Part shown: one piece after another, positions 19,165-30,339 of the stretch
Layout of the letters: each line of letters begins with the position of its first letter
Numbering within the stretch: position 1 is the stretch's first letter
Assembly: GCA_900617105.1 (NCBI GenBank)
Contig: UYFQ01000001.1
Location: 620,001 to 684,000 of the forward strand
DNA from: Hydrurus foetidus
Lineage: Eukaryota
DNA: 64,000 nt
Reading direction: 5' to 3'
Position numbers and translations under genes: made by a program
Notes under the pieces: generated by a model
What the model was told of the DNA's origin: nothing
Seen by the model: only the letters and a program-made list of their open reading frames with translations
The model's database searches: none

Positions 19165-20559
19165 ATGTTGACTGTTCTCTCTTTTCTCGTTGCGCTGGCG
19201 CTGTTGATTGCTGTGCATGAATACGGCCATTACCGCGTGGCCGTGGCTTGTGGTGTCAAGGTGCTGAAGTTTTCGATTGGGTTTGGCAAAACGCTGTTCC
19301 GTTGGCAACCGGCAAACCAAAAAAATGGTCAAAACACCGAGTTTGTGCTGGGCATGTTGCCGCTGGGGGGCTTTGTGAAGATGCTGGACGAGCGTGAAGC
19401 GCCAGTGGCTGCTGAGGAGCGGCACCTTGCGTTCAATACCCAACCGTTGCACAAAAGAGCTGCGATTGTGGCTGCCGGGCCAGCGGCCAATTTGCTGCTG
19501 GCGGTGGTGTTGTACGCGGCCGTGAGCTGGATGGGCGTTGAAGAACCCCGTGCGATTTTGGGCAGCCCCATTGCCGCTTCTGTGGCTGAGGCTGCGGGTT
19601 TGCGCGGTGGCGAGGAGGTGGTAGCCGCTGCGTTTGACGGCGAGGCCTTGGCTCCCGTGCGTTCCTTTGAAGACCTGCGCTGGACGCTGACACAAGGTGT
19701 GCTGGGAGGGCAAAACGTGCGCTTGCAGACAGTGTCTCAAGGGGGTAAAAATGCTAGTGAATTCGTCCTCCAGCTCAGCAGCCTGGACGCCAAAGAGGCC
19801 GATGCCGCCTTATTTCGGAAGATTGGCATCCTCGCACCTTTCACCCAGCCACTGATCGGTGAAATTATGGCCGGTAGCGCGGCTGAAAAGTCGGGTCTGC
19901 TGGCGGGTGACGTGGTGTTGGCCATTGGCACCAGCCCCGTGGTCGATGGGCAGCAGTTGCGCGAGAAAATTCGTGCCTCTGTCACTGGCCTGCAAGCGCT
20001 GATGCAGCCTTGGCGGTTGAAGCGGGGCACCCAAGAAATCACCCTCAACGTGACACCCGATGTCAAGCAAGACAACGGCGTTATCGTGGGGCGCATTGGC
20101 GCTTACGTGGGCTCGCCACCGGCTTTTGTCACTGTCAGCTACGGGCCGCTGGACGGTATTTGGCATGGCATGGTGCGCACCTGGGAGGTGTCTTCCCTCA
20201 CGTTGCGCATGATGGGCAAGATGGTGATTGGCGAAGCGTCGCTGAAGAACCTGAGTGGCCCTTTGAGCATCGCTGAGTACGCGGGTAAATCGGCCAGCTT
20301 GGGTATCACCTCTTACTTGATCTTTTTGGCACTCATCAGCGTCAGTTTGGGCGTGCTGAACCTGCTGCCTCTGCCGGTGCTCGACGGTGGGCACCTGATG
20401 TATTATCTTTGGGAGGCGCTGACAGGCAAAGGCGTGTCTGAAGTGTGGATGGAGCGGTTTCAGCGTGCGGGTGTCGGCATGCTGCTGCTCATGATGTCCA
20501 TCGCCATGTTCAACGACGTGACACGCCTTATTCCGACGGTTCGCACCCTATTTTTATGA
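19165..20559 (+). CDS. rseP: RIP metalloprotease RseP
   Basis: HEYGH, GPAAN, PDZ region, NLLPLPVLDGG. Confidence 0.96.
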   Translation: MLTVLSFLVALALLIAVHEYGHYRVAVACGVKVLKFSIGFGKTLFRWQPANQKNGQNTEFVLGMLPLGGFVKMLDEREAPVAAEERHLAFNTQPLHKRAAIVAAGPAANLLLAVVLYAAVSWMGVEEPRAILGSPIAASVAEAAGLRGGEEVVAAAFDGEALAPVRSFEDLRWTLTQGVLGGQNVRLQTVSQGGKNASEFVLQLSSLDAKEADAALFRKIGILAPFTQPLIGEIMAGSAAEKSGLLAGDVVLAIGTSPVVDGQQLREKIRASVTGLQALMQPWRLKRGTQEITLNVTPDVKQDNGVIVGRIGAYVGSPPAFVTVSYGPLDGIWHGMVRTWEVSSLTLRMMGKMVIGEASLKNLSGPLSIAEYAGKSASLGITSYLIFLALISVSLGVLNLLPLPVLDGGHLMYYLWEALTGKGVSEVWMERFQRAGVGMLLLMMSIAMFNDVTRLIPTVRTLFL

Positions 20560-20631
20560 CGGTGGCTGTAGCATCGCCGCCATCGCGACGATGCTGACAT
20601 GACTCCGACACGATTCCGACAATTCACATCC

Positions 20632-22929
20632 ATGAAAAACAAATTCAAGCGCTTGCGCGCTTCAGCTGTGACCGCCTTGGTCGCCACCGCCTTTGCCGTG
20701 ACCACTGCCTGGGCCGTTGACCCGTTCACGGTGCGTGATATACGCGTTGAAGGTCTGCAACGGGTTGAACCCGGCACTGTGTTCGCGTCCATGCCTGTCC
20801 GCGTGGGTGAGGTGTACAACGACGATAAGGGCTCTGCCTCTATTCGCTCTCTGTTCGCTTTAGGCTTGTTCAAAGACGTGCGCTTAGAGGTTACCGGCGA
20901 TGTGCTGGTGGTGATTGTGGAAGAGCGCCCCACCGTGGCTGACTTGGAATTCGTGGGAACCAAAGAATTTGACAAAGATGTGCTTAAGAAAGCATTGCGC
21001 GATGTGGGTTTGACCGAAGGCCGTGCCTTTGACAAAGCCCTGGCCGACCGCGCTGAGCAAGAGCTGAAGCGCCAATACATCAACCGCAGCCTGTACGCCG
21101 CTGACATCGTGACCACCGTCACGCCCTCGGAGCGCAACCGCGTGAACCTGACCTTCACCGTGAGCGAAGGCCAGCCGGCCCGCATCAAAGACATCCGCAT
21201 CGTGGGTGGTAAAGCGTTTGATGAGTCTGCGCTGCGCAAAGAGATTGAGCTGAGCACCAGTGGCTGGTTCACGTGGTATTCCAAATCTGACCGCTATTCC
21301 CGCGCCAAGCTGAATGCCGATTTGGAAACACTGCGCTCGTTTTACCTGACCCGTGGTTATATTGACTTCAAAATCGACTCCACCCAGGTGGCGATTTCAC
21401 CATCCAAAGAGGACATCAGCATCACGGTGAACATCACCGAAGGCGAGCGTTTTGTGGTCTCTGGTGTGAAGCTGGAAGGCAACTACCTGAGCAAAGAAGA
21501 AGACTTCAAAACCCTGGTGAAAATTGAAGCTGGTAAGGCTTATAACTCTGAGCAAGTCGCGCAGACTACCAAAGCCTTCACCGATTACTTTGGCAAATTT
21601 GGTTTTGCCTTCGCACGTATTGAAGCCCGCCCTGAGATTGACCGTGCCACCAATCAAGTCAGCTTCACGCTCTTGGCTGACCCGTCACGCCGCGCCTATG
21701 TGCGCAAAATCAACGTGACCGGCAATTCCCGCACGCGCGACGAAGTGGTGCGCCGCGAATTTCGTCAGTTTGAATCGGCCTGGTACGACGGCGACCGTAT
21801 CAAACTGTCGCGTGACCGCATTGATCGCTTGGGCTTTTTCAAAGAAGTGAACGTGGAAACCGAAGAGGTGCCTGGTGCCCCCGATCAGGTGGACATCATG
21901 CTGAATGTGGCCGAAAAACCCACCGGCAGCGTGCAACTGGGGGCCGGTTTTTCCAGTTACGAAAAGCTGGCTTTGTCGTTCGGTATCAAGCAAGAAAATG
22001 CTTTTGGCACAGGCAACTACCTCGGCATTGACGTGAACACCAGCAAGTTCAACCGGGTGCTGGTGGTCAACACCACCGACCCGTATTTCACGCAAGACGG
22101 TGTTTCGCGCACCATCGACGCCTACTACCGCTCCAGCCGTCCGTACACCGACCAGGGTGGTAATTACCAGCTGGTCACAGCGGGCACCAGCATTCGTTTT
22201 GGCGTACCGTTCACCGAGATTGACCGCGTCTTCTTTGGTATCGGTGTTGAGCAAACGCAAATCCGACCCGGCACCAACATCCCTGCCGCCTACCTCGCTT
22301 ACGCCACCAAGTTTGGCTACACCAGCTCAGCCGTACCCTTGACCATCGGTTGGGCACGGGACGATCGTGACAGCGCACTGGCCCCCAATTCAGGCCGTTA
22401 CCAGCGCTTGGGCACCGAGGTGAGTGCCTTCTCTGATGCGCAGTATGTGCGCAGCAACTACCAGTTCCAGCAGTTCATCCCTATCACCAAACTATGGACA
22501 ACGGCCTTCAATGCTGAGTTTGGTTGGGGCAAGGGTTTGAGCAACCGGCCTTTCCCGGTATTCAAGAATTTCTATTCGGGCGGTTTGGGTTCTGTGCGTG
22601 GCTTTGAGCAAAGCACATTGGGTCCACGCGACGTGACGGGTTCCTTGATTGGTGGCTCGAAAAAGATCACGTTGAACGCCGAAGTCATCGCGCCGTTCCC
22701 CGGCACGGGCAATGACCGCACTCTGCGTTTGTACGCCTTTACGGATGCCGGTAACGTGTTTGGTGACACCGAAAAAGTGCACTTACGTGACCTGCGTGCC
22801 TCCGTGGGTATCGGTATGAGCTGGATTTCGCCGATTGGCCCGCTGCGCTTGGCTTATGCCAATCCGATCAAGAAGCAAGCAGGCGATAGAATCCAAAAAC
22901 TTCAATTTCAAATTGGTACGTCTTTCTAA
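20632..22929 (+). CDS. bamA: Outer membrane protein assembly factor BamA
   Basis: POTRA IRVEGLQRV, VRGF motif, C-terminal FQIGTSF. Confidence 0.97.
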   Translation: MKNKFKRLRASAVTALVATAFAVTTAWAVDPFTVRDIRVEGLQRVEPGTVFASMPVRVGEVYNDDKGSASIRSLFALGLFKDVRLEVTGDVLVVIVEERPTVADLEFVGTKEFDKDVLKKALRDVGLTEGRAFDKALADRAEQELKRQYINRSLYAADIVTTVTPSERNRVNLTFTVSEGQPARIKDIRIVGGKAFDESALRKEIELSTSGWFTWYSKSDRYSRAKLNADLETLRSFYLTRGYIDFKIDSTQVAISPSKEDISITVNITEGERFVVSGVKLEGNYLSKEEDFKTLVKIEAGKAYNSEQVAQTTKAFTDYFGKFGFAFARIEARPEIDRATNQVSFTLLADPSRRAYVRKINVTGNSRTRDEVVRREFRQFESAWYDGDRIKLSRDRIDRLGFFKEVNVETEEVPGAPDQVDIMLNVAEKPTGSVQLGAGFSSYEKLALSFGIKQENAFGTGNYLGIDVNTSKFNRVLVVNTTDPYFTQDGVSRTIDAYYRSSRPYTDQGGNYQLVTAGTSIRFGVPFTEIDRVFFGIGVEQTQIRPGTNIPAAYLAYATKFGYTSSAVPLTIGWARDDRDSALAPNSGRYQRLGTEVSAFSDAQYVRSNYQFQQFIPITKLWTTAFNAEFGWGKGLSNRPFPVFKNFYSGGLGSVRGFEQSTLGPRDVTGSLIGGSKKITLNAEVIAPFPGTGNDRTLRLYAFTDAGNVFGDTEKVHLRDLRASVGIGMSWISPIGPLRLAYANPIKKQAGDRIQKLQFQIGTSF

Positions 22930-23444
22930 TGAAATCACTGTCTTATTCACGCTGTTTGGTGTTGCTGTTGGGTGCTGCGGCTTTGGTGTCGCACGCGCAA
23001 GCAGAAGACGCAGCCCGCATTGGTTATGTCAACACAGACCGTATCTTCCGCGAAGCCAATACTGCCAAAGCGGCGCAGGCTAAATTGGAGCAAGAATTTT
23101 CCAAGCGCGAAAAAGAACTGGTCGATATCGGCAACACCCTGAAGACTTCCTCTGACAAGTTGGAGCGCGAAGCGCCCACGTTGTCCGAAGCGCAGCGCAA
23201 CAGCCGTCAAAAAACACTGGTTGACCAAGACCGTGACTTCCAACGCAAGCGCCGTGAATTTCAAGAAGACTTGAACGCCCGCAAAAACGAAGAACTGCAA
23301 CAGGTTTTAGAACGCGCCAACAAGGTCGTTAAAGTCGTCGCTGAAGCGGAAAAATACGATGTGGTTCTGCAAGAAGCCGTCTACATCAACCCACGCCTGG
23401 ACATCACCGACAAGGTGATCAAAGCGCTGAACGCCGCCAAATAA
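22929..23444 (+). CDS. skp: Skp/OmpH chaperone
   Basis: Signal peptide, [13 protein letters not shown]; follows bamA. Confidence 0.93.
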   Translation: MKSLSYSRCLVLLLGAAALVSHAQAEDAARIGYVNTDRIFREANTAKAAQAKLEQEFSKREKELVDIGNTLKTSSDKLEREAPTLSEAQRNSRQKTLVDQDRDFQRKRREFQEDLNARKNEELQQVLERANKVVKVVAEAEKYDVVLQEAVYINPRLDITDKVIKALNAAK

Positions 23445-23470
23445 ACCTCCAGTTCTATCAACGCAGACGT

Positions 23471-24520
23471 GTGGCATTCCCTTTATCTGACATTATTGAG
23501 GCCCTTGGCGGGCAACTCCACGGCGACGGTGCCACGCCCATCGCCAGCATCGCCTCGCTAGAGTCCGCCAGCGCGGGGCAGATCAGCTTTCTCAGCCACC
23601 CCAAGTACCAGTCGCAGCTCGTTGCCTCACAAGCGGCCTGTGTCATCGTGGCACCCGCCTTCGAGGCACAAGCCCGTGCACGCGGTGCTTGTATCGTCAC
23701 TGACGAACCCTACCTCTACTTCGCCCGCCTGACCCAATGGTGGAAGCGCCAGCACGCACGTCCGGTGCGCCACCGTATCCATCCCAGTGCGGTGATTGAC
23801 GATGATGTCTTTATCGACCCGCAAGCCCACATCGGCCCTCTCTGTGTGATCGAACGCGGTGCCCGCATTGGTGCTGGCACGGTGCTCAAAGCCCGCGTCT
23901 TCGTCGGCGAAGACTGCACCGTGGGCGATCGCTGCATCTTGCACGCCGGTGTTGTCATTGGTGCTGATGGTTTTGGTTTTGCGCCCAACAAAGGCCGTTG
24001 GGAAAAAATCGAACAACTCGGTGCGGTCGAGATTGGCAACGATGTTGAAATCGGCGCGAACACCTGCATCGACCGTGGTGCGTTGGGCAACACGGTGCTC
24101 TCAGAGGGGGTCAAGCTGGACAACCTCGTGCAGATTGGTCACAACGTCCACATTGGCCCGCACAGCGCTTTGGCCGGTTGCGCGGGTGTCGCGGGCAGTG
24201 CCCACATCGGTGCCCATTGCACCGTAGGCGGTGGTGCGATTGTGCTGGGGCATTTGAAGCTGGCTGACCATGTGAACATTTCCGCCGCCACCACCGTGAC
24301 CCGCTCTATCCTCAAGCCCGGCCACTACACCGGCATGTTCCCCATTGACGACAACGCCGCTTGGGAAAAAAATGCAGTCACTTTGCGCCATTTACATGCT
24401 TTGCGCGACCGGGTCAAAGTTTTAGAAAAAGCCTTGACGCAGACCTTAGAAAAATCCGTCGCTGCAAACCCTTCCGCCGTCTTGACGGCCACCTCTTCTG
24501 AATCGAGTACTTCACCATGA
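23471..24520 (+). CDS. lpxD: UDP-3-O-acyl-glucosamine N-acyltransferase
   Basis: [27 protein letters not shown]. Confidence 0.96.
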   Translation: MAFPLSDIIEALGGQLHGDGATPIASIASLESASAGQISFLSHPKYQSQLVASQAACVIVAPAFEAQARARGACIVTDEPYLYFARLTQWWKRQHARPVRHRIHPSAVIDDDVFIDPQAHIGPLCVIERGARIGAGTVLKARVFVGEDCTVGDRCILHAGVVIGADGFGFAPNKGRWEKIEQLGAVEIGNDVEIGANTCIDRGALGNTVLSEGVKLDNLVQIGHNVHIGPHSALAGCAGVAGSAHIGAHCTVGGGAIVLGHLKLADHVNISAATTVTRSILKPGHYTGMFPIDDNAAWEKNAVTLRHLHALRDRVKVLEKALTQTLEKSVAANPSAVLTATSSESSTSP

Positions 24521-24957
24521 TGGACATCCACGCCATTCTGAAATCCCTGCCGCACCGTTACCCGTTTTTGCTGGTTGACCGCGTGATTGAGCTGGAAAAA
24601 GGCAAGCGTATCAAGGCGCTGAAAAACGTCACGATCAACGAACCCTTCTTTGTCGGCCACTTCCCGCACCGCCCCGTGATGCCCGGCGTGCTGATGCTGG
24701 AAGCCTTGGCGCAAGCTGCCGCTCTGCTGTCGTTTGACACCTTGGGCGTTACACCGGATGAAAAAACCGTTTACTACTTCGTCGGCATCGACGGCGCACG
24801 CTTCAAACGCCCCGTAGAACCCGGCGACCAACTGATTTTGGAAGTCGAAGTAGACCGCCAAAAAGCCGGTATTTTCAAATTCAACGCCAGAGCCAAAGTG
24901 GGCGACGAGCTGGCCGCTGAAGCGCAGCTGATGTGCACGATGCGGCGCCTGCCTTAA
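24517..24957 (+). CDS. fabZ: 3-hydroxyacyl-ACP dehydratase
   Basis: [22 protein letters not shown]. Confidence 0.97.
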   Translation: MMDIHAILKSLPHRYPFLLVDRVIELEKGKRIKALKNVTINEPFFVGHFPHRPVMPGVLMLEALAQAAALLSFDTLGVTPDEKTVYYFVGIDGARFKRPVEPGDQLILEVEVDRQKAGIFKFNARAKVGDELAAEAQLMCTMRRLP

Positions 24958-24977
24958 CCTGTGGTTTGTGTTGGCGT

Positions 24978-25784
24978 ATGTCGAACATCCACCCCACCGC
25001 CTTGGTAGACGCGCGCGCTGAGCTGGACAGCAGCGTCACCGTCGGCCCTTACACCGTCATCGGCCCGCATGTCCGTATTGGGCAGGGTACCTCCATTGCT
25101 GCCCATTGCGTGGTGGAGGGCCACACCACCATCGGCAGCCACAACGCGATTTTTCAGTTCAATTCCCTCGGGGCCGTGCCGCAAGACAAAAAGTACGCGG
25201 GCGAACCCACCGAGCTGGTGATTGGCGACCACAACACTGTCCGCGAGTTTTGTACCTTCAATTTGGGTGTGCCTGCTGCGGGTGGCGTGACCCGTGTGGG
25301 CCACCACAACTGGATCATGGCCTACTGCCATATCGCCCACGACTGCCACATCGACGACCACACCACGCTGGCCAACAACACCACGCTGGGTGGTCACGTC
25401 CATCTAGCCGATTGGGTCACTGTTGGTGGGTTAACGGGCATTCACCAGTTCGTGAAGGTCGGTGCGCATGCGATGGTGGGCTTTGCCAGTGCCGTCTCGC
25501 AAGACGTACCCCCCTACATGATGGTCGATGGCAACCCGCTGGCCGTGCGCGGCATCAACAGCGTGGGCCTCAAGCGCCGAGATTTTTCAGCCGCCCGCTT
25601 GGCCCAAGTCAAGCAGATGCACCGGCTGCTGTACCGCCAAGGCAAGACGCTGGACGACGCACGCCAAGCCATTGCTGATTTGGCTGTCACAGCCATTGAG
25701 CCTGCCGATGCCTCTGCCGCCCTGGCGGACATAGAGCTGATGAGCGCATTTCTGGCGCAAGCCACGCGCGGTATTGCCCGCTAG
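24978..25784 (+). CDS. lpxA: UDP-GlcNAc O-acyltransferase
   Basis: IHPTA, PQDKKY, HIAHDC, HQF hexapeptide repeats. Confidence 0.96.
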   Translation: MSNIHPTALVDARAELDSSVTVGPYTVIGPHVRIGQGTSIAAHCVVEGHTTIGSHNAIFQFNSLGAVPQDKKYAGEPTELVIGDHNTVREFCTFNLGVPAAGGVTRVGHHNWIMAYCHIAHDCHIDDHTTLANNTTLGGHVHLADWVTVGGLTGIHQFVKVGAHAMVGFASAVSQDVPPYMMVDGNPLAVRGINSVGLKRRDFSAARLAQVKQMHRLLYRQGKTLDDARQAIADLAVTAIEPADASAALADIELMSAFLAQATRGIAR

Positions 25785-25803
25785 CCCGCTAGCCCGCTAG
25801 CCC
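25776..25803 (+). repeat. 8-bp tandem repeat (GCCCGCTA)x3.5 over the lpxA stop codon
   Basis: gcccgcta gcccgcta gcccgcta gccc. Confidence 0.9.
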
Positions 25804-25828
25804 ACTTAAGCCATCAGTCCACCAAACC

Positions 25829-26980
25829 ATGTCAATCCCCCCCTTGTTCGCCTTGGTGGCAGGCGAACCTTCCGGTGATTTGCTGGCCGGTCTCCTGCTT
25901 GATGGCTTGAAAGCCCGCTGGCCCGGCCTGAAAACCGTGGGCATCGGTGGCCCGCAGATGGTGCGCCGTGGGTTCGATGCGTGGTGGCCTCAAGCGTTGC
26001 TGGCAGTGCGTGGCTATGTGGAGGTGTTGCCCCACCTGCGCAAACTGCTGCGCATCCGCCGCGAATTGGGCGACCGCTTGCTGGAAACCCCGCCCGATGT
26101 GTTCATCGGCATCGACGCCCCCGATTTCAATTTCGATTTAGAAGCCCGCCTTAAAGCCGCCCACATCCCCACCGTGCATTTCGTCAGCCCCTCATTTTGG
26201 GCGTGGCGGGCCAAAAAACTGGAAAAACTGAGAAGCAGCGTAGACCATGTGTTGTGTATTTTCCCGTTCGAGCCCGCACTGCTGGCCGCGCAGGGCATCG
26301 AAGCCACCTATGTCGGCCACCCCTTGGCCAGCGTGATTCCTATGGTGCCTGACCGCGCAGCCGCCCGTGCGCAGCTGGATTTTGCGCCTGATGATCTGGT
26401 GCTCGCTGTGTTGCCCGGCAGCCGTCAATCTGAAATCAAATACCTCGCTTTAAGGTTTTTTCAGGCCGCAGCGCTGGTCAGACGTGCATACCCAGCTATC
26501 AAATTGGTAGTGCCAGCACTTCCCGCGTTGAAGCCTGCTATTTTGCAAGCCGCGCAACAAGCCGGTGTGGCCGACAACCTGACCTTGCTCGATGGCCAGT
26601 CTCACCCCGCCTTAGCGGCTTGTGATTTGACGTTGATCGCCAGCGGCACCGCCACCTTAGAGGCCGCGCTGTTCAAGCGCCCGATGGTCATCGCTTACAA
26701 CATGCCCTGGCTGTCGTGGCAAATCATGCGGCGCAAGCAGTTGCAGCCCTGGGTGGGGTTGCCCAATATTTTGTGCGGCGAGTTTGCCGTGCCTGAGCTG
26801 CTGCAAGAGGCCGCCACCCCCCAAGCACTGGCGCAAAGTCTGCTGGATTTGCTGGCTTCCCCCGAAAAAATGCAAGCCTTGCAACAGCGTTTCACCACCC
26901 TTCACAGCGACTTAAAGCGCGACACCGTGCAGATAGCCTGTGACGTGATTCAAACCCTATGCCATCGAAAAACCTCTTGA
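25829..26980 (+). CDS. lpxB: Lipid A disaccharide synthase
   Basis: [34 protein letters not shown]. Confidence 0.96.
   Translation: MSIPPLFALVAGEPSGDLLAGLLLDGLKARWPGLKTVGIGGPQMVRRGFDAWWPQALLAVRGYVEVLPHLRKLLRIRRELGDRLLETPPDVFIGIDAPDFNFDLEARLKAAHIPTVHFVSPSFWAWRAKKLEKLRSSVDHVLCIFPFEPALLAAQGIEATYVGHPLASVIPMVPDRAAARAQLDFAPDDLVLAVLPGSRQSEIKYLALRFFQAAALVRRAYPAIKLVVPALPALKPAILQAAQQAGVADNLTLLDGQSHPALAACDLTLIASGTATLEAALFKRPMVIAYNMPWLSWQIMRRKQLQPWVGLPNILCGEFAVPELLQEAATPQALAQSLLDLLASPEKMQALQQRFTTLHSDLKRDTVQIACDVIQTLCHRKTS
26458..26511 (+). repeat. Dispersed ~54-bp element, in-frame in lpxB
   Basis: TTTTCAGGCCGCAGCGC-N11-GC-N7-GCTATCAAATTGGTAGT (AIKLVV). Confidence 0.75.
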
Positions 26981-27624
26981 ACAACGGACAAAGCACTGTG
27001 AAAAACACCGTGAAAAACGGGGTGCAAACTGCCGTGCAAACCGCGCTCGCCTGGCACAGCCCTGGCCTGATCGCCGGTGTGGACGAGGCTGGCCGTGGCC
27101 CCCTGGCTGGCCCCGTGGTCGCCGCCGCCGTGATTCTGGACGAGAACAACCCCATCGCCGGTTTGGCTGATTCCAAAAAACTCACCGCCAAAACCCGCGA
27201 ACGCCTGTACGACGAAATCCGTGCCAAAGCCGTTTGCTGCTCGATAGCCGAGGCCACGGTCGAAGAAATCGACCGCCTCAACATCTTGCAAGCCACCATG
27301 CTGGCCATGCGCCGTGCCGTGGAAGGCCTGCGCCTCAAGCCGCACCTCGTGCTGGTGGACGGCAACCGCTTGCCTGTGCTCTCCATTCGTGCCGAAGCCA
27401 TCGTCAAAGGCGATGCCAAAATCGCCGCCATTTCAGCCGCAAGCATCCTCGCCAAAGTCCACCGTGACCGCTGGTGCGCGGCTTTTCATGAGCAGTACCC
27501 GATGTACGGCTTTGCCACGCACAAAGGCTACGGCACAGCGGTGCATCTGGCCGCGCTTCAAACCCACGGCGCTTGTCCGCAGCACCGCACCTCGTTCCGC
27601 CCCGTTGCTGAGGTGATGCCATGA
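26959..27624 (+). CDS. rnhB: Ribonuclease HII
   Basis: [29 protein letters not shown]. Confidence 0.96.
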   Translation: MPSKNLLNNGQSTVKNTVKNGVQTAVQTALAWHSPGLIAGVDEAGRGPLAGPVVAAAVILDENNPIAGLADSKKLTAKTRERLYDEIRAKAVCCSIAEATVEEIDRLNILQATMLAMRRAVEGLRLKPHLVLVDGNRLPVLSIRAEAIVKGDAKIAAISAASILAKVHRDRWCAAFHEQYPMYGFATHKGYGTAVHLAALQTHGACPQHRTSFRPVAEVMP

Positions 27625-28394
27625 CCGAATCCAACTTAATCACCCACATTAACTCCCGCGACAACGCTTTTGTCAAAAGCCTCAAGCGGCTCTCGCACGA
27701 CAGCACCGCTTACCGCAAACAAGGGCAAGTCTGGCTGGAAGGCGATCACCTTTGCCGTGCGGCATTGGCACGCCATTTGATGCCCGCTACAGCGGTATTT
27801 TCGGAATCATTTTGGCCTTTAGCGCAGGCTGAATGGGCGAGGGTTGCTCTTAAAATAATAGTTCTGAGCGATGCCTTGTTTGCTGACATCAGCGCCCTGG
27901 AATCTCCCGCCGCGATGGGCTTTGTGATGGATTTATCCCCCGCACCCGCCATCCAGCCCGGCGTTGCCAGCGTCATCCTTGACCGCGTACAGGATGCGGG
28001 CAACGTGGGCTCCATCCTGCGCAGCGCTGCTGCTTTCGGGTTCAAGCAAATCATCGCCCTCAAAGGCACGGCAGCGCTGTGGTCACCCAAGGTGCTGCGG
28101 GCGGGCATGGGTGCGCATTTTGGGCTGCATTTGGTAGAGTCCGCCGAGTTGGTCGATCTGGATGTGCTGGCCGTTCCCCTCATCGTCACCAGTTCGCACC
28201 AAGGCAATTTGCTGCAAAAAACTGAGCTGCCCATGCCCTGTGCGTGGGCGATGGGGCACGAAGGGCAGGGCGTTCGCGCAGAGCTGATGTCGCGTGCCAG
28301 CGTGGCTGTGCGCATTGGTCAGCCGGGCGGAGAAGAGTCACTGAACGTGGCTGCGGCGGCGGCAATTTGTTTGCACGCCAGCGCTGTTGCATAA
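27621..28394 (+). CDS. TrmH/SpoU family RNA 2'-O-methyltransferase
   Basis: [29 protein letters not shown]. Confidence 0.9.
   Translation: MTESNLITHINSRDNAFVKSLKRLSHDSTAYRKQGQVWLEGDHLCRAALARHLMPATAVFSESFWPLAQAEWARVALKIIVLSDALFADISALESPAAMGFVMDLSPAPAIQPGVASVILDRVQDAGNVGSILRSAAAFGFKQIIALKGTAALWSPKVLRAGMGAHFGLHLVESAELVDLDVLAVPLIVTSSHQGNLLQKTELPMPCAWAMGHEGQGVRAELMSRASVAVRIGQPGGEESLNVAAAAAICLHASAVA
27809..27862 (+). repeat. Dispersed ~54-bp element, in-frame in the TrmH-family gene
   Basis: ATTTTGGCCTTTAGCGC-N11-GC-N7-GCTCTTAAAATAATAGT ([18 protein letters not shown]). Confidence 0.75.
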
Positions 28395-28423
28395 ATCTAC
28401 CATCCCCCCGAGGTCTGCCGCGC

Positions 28424-29449
28424 TCATTTAGAGACGGTGCGCATCATCCCCAGCCGCTCTACATTCACCCGCTCCAGCGCGTAAATCTCTGCCATCGACT
28501 TGCCATAGGCCTGTGGCCCCAAGTACAGCACCTCTTGGTCATACTTGGCCAATTCGGCCACCTGTTGGGCATCAAACAGGGCGGTTTTGAAGGCATCGTG
28601 CAGGGTTTGAACCACCGCAGCGGGCATGCCGCGTGGGCCGACGAGGCCGTAGGGGGAGGTGGCCACGATGTCGTAACCCAGCTCGCGCAGCGTGGGCACT
28701 TGGGGCCAGCGCTTGGTGCGGTTTTCGGCAAAGGTACACAGCAGGCGCAGTCTGCCGGTATCGACGTAGGGGGCAAAACCGTTGGAATTCACCCCCGCCA
28801 TCACCTGGCCTGATGCCACGGCCAGCATTTGCTCGGCGGTGCCTTTGTAGGGCACATGGATGTACTTGGCGTTGCGCCCCGCCATCAACTCTTCCATCAC
28901 CAAATGCGGCGTGGTGCCGTTGCCATTGGTCGATACCGACAGCAGGCCGGGGTGGGCGACGGCGTAGGTCAGCATATCGTCCAGCGTGCGAAACGGGCTG
29001 TTGCTGGCGACCACGATGCCAAAGGTGACACCGCTCAGTTGGAGGATTGGCGTGGTGTCCCGAACCGGGTCCCAGCTGACTTTTTGCAGGTAGGGCACGC
29101 GAAAGGCGGGCTGGGGCATTTGCGCGATCGTGTAACCATCGGGGGCGGCTTGCTGCAAGAGCGGCATGGCCATGCTGCCGCCCGCACCAGGGCGGTTTTC
29201 GATGATGATTTTTTGCCCCAACTGCTTGCCCGCTATTTCGGCCAGCAGCCGCAGCGTGATGTCGGTCGCGCCGCCTGCGGGCCAGGGCACGATCAGGGTG
29301 ATGGTGCCGCTGGGGAAGGTGCCCGATTGCGGGCCTTGGGCATGGCTTGAAAGCGGAAAACTGGGCAGCCCTGACGCCAGAATGGCAGACAGAAGGCGTC
29401 GTCGGGACGGTAAAGACACAGGGATGTTGATGTTCATGTTCGTTTTCAC
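28424..29449 (-). CDS. Tripartite tricarboxylate transporter substrate-binding protein (Bug/TctC)
   Basis: VPWPAGGATD, ENRPGAGG, HVPYKG; SRRRLL Tat-like leader; GTGA coupling to the upstream permease. Confidence 0.9.
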   Translation of the reverse strand: MKTNMNINIPVSLPSRRRLLSAILASGLPSFPLSSHAQGPQSGTFPSGTITLIVPWPAGGATDITLRLLAEIAGKQLGQKIIIENRPGAGGSMAMPLLQQAAPDGYTIAQMPQPAFRVPYLQKVSWDPVRDTTPILQLSGVTFGIVVASNSPFRTLDDMLTYAVAHPGLLSVSTNGNGTTPHLVMEELMAGRNAKYIHVPYKGTAEQMLAVASGQVMAGVNSNGFAPYVDTGRLRLLCTFAENRTKRWPQVPTLRELGYDIVATSPYGLVGPRGMPAAVVQTLHDAFKTALFDAQQVAELAKYDQEVLYLGPQAYGKSMAEIYALERVNVERLGMMRTVSK

Positions 29450-30339
29450 GCTGGGCCTCCGCCGCCGCGCTTGGCCAGCGCCCCAAAGCCCCGCTGCGGG
29501 TCATAGCCCCAGCAAGCAAAACCAAAGCACACCGCCAGCGTGGCCAGCACCACATAAGGTGACAGGCCGGCATCCTTGCCGTAGCAGGCAAAGCGAATCC
29601 ACTCGACGGCATGGGTGAAGGGGTTGAAGCGGGCGATTTGGTAGACCCAGTTCGCGCCGGATTCCTCCAGTTTCCACAGCGGGTACAGCGCCGTGGACAT
29701 GAAGTACATCGGGAAAATCACAAAATTCATGGTGCCTGCGAAGTTCTCCAGCTGCTTGATATGCACGCTCAGCAGCAGCCCCACCGCGCCCAACATCAAG
29801 GCCCCACAGGCTGTGGCCAGCAGCAGCATGGCCGTGTGGCGGCCCAGCAGCGGCAACTCGGTGCCCAGCAGGTAGGCGACGATGACAAAGGCCACCGCCT
29901 GCACCAGCGACAGCATGGCCGTGGCGCTGAGCTTGCAGGCCAGCACCCACCAGCGGGGCAGGGGGGCCGTCAGCAGCAGGCGCATCAGGCCCATTTCGCG
30001 GTCGTACACCATCGCCAGCGACGACTGCATGCCGTTGAACAGCAGCACCATGCCGACCAGGCCAGGGGCGATGTACACGTCATACGGCACATAAGTGTCA
30101 TACGGCTCAACGATGGAGACACCAAACACATTGCGAAAGCCTGCGGCGAACACCGCCAGCCACAGCAGTGGACGCACCAGCGCTGAGATCAGGCGGCTGC
30201 GCTGGTGCGAGAACTTGAGCAGTTCGCGCCAAACGATGGCACGCAGGGCTTGCCAGAGGTGGCGTACAGAAGTTGCTTTCATGGGGCTGTTCATGGGGAT
30301 ATTGGTGGGGCTGTTCACGGTCATGGTTTCGCCTGACAT
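29446..30339 (-). CDS. ABC-2 permease of the PQQ-alcohol-dehydrogenase-associated type (PedC-like)
   Basis: FNGMQSSLAMVYDREMG, KQLENFAGTMNFVIFPM. Confidence 0.85.
   Translation of the reverse strand: MSGETMTVNSPTNIPMNSPMKATSVRHLWQALRAIVWRELLKFSHQRSRLISALVRPLLWLAVFAAGFRNVFGVSIVEPYDTYVPYDVYIAPGLVGMVLLFNGMQSSLAMVYDREMGLMRLLLTAPLPRWWVLACKLSATAMLSLVQAVAFVIVAYLLGTELPLLGRHTAMLLLATACGALMLGAVGLLLSVHIKQLENFAGTMNFVIFPMYFMSTALYPLWKLEESGANWVYQIARFNPFTHAVEWIRFACYGKDAGLSPYVVLATLAVCFGFACWGYDPQRGFGALAKRGGGGPA

Noticed and set aside
21528..21590. Possible element copy in bamA (GCTTATAACTCTGAGC)
   Set aside because: Core length and flanking GC spacing do not fit.
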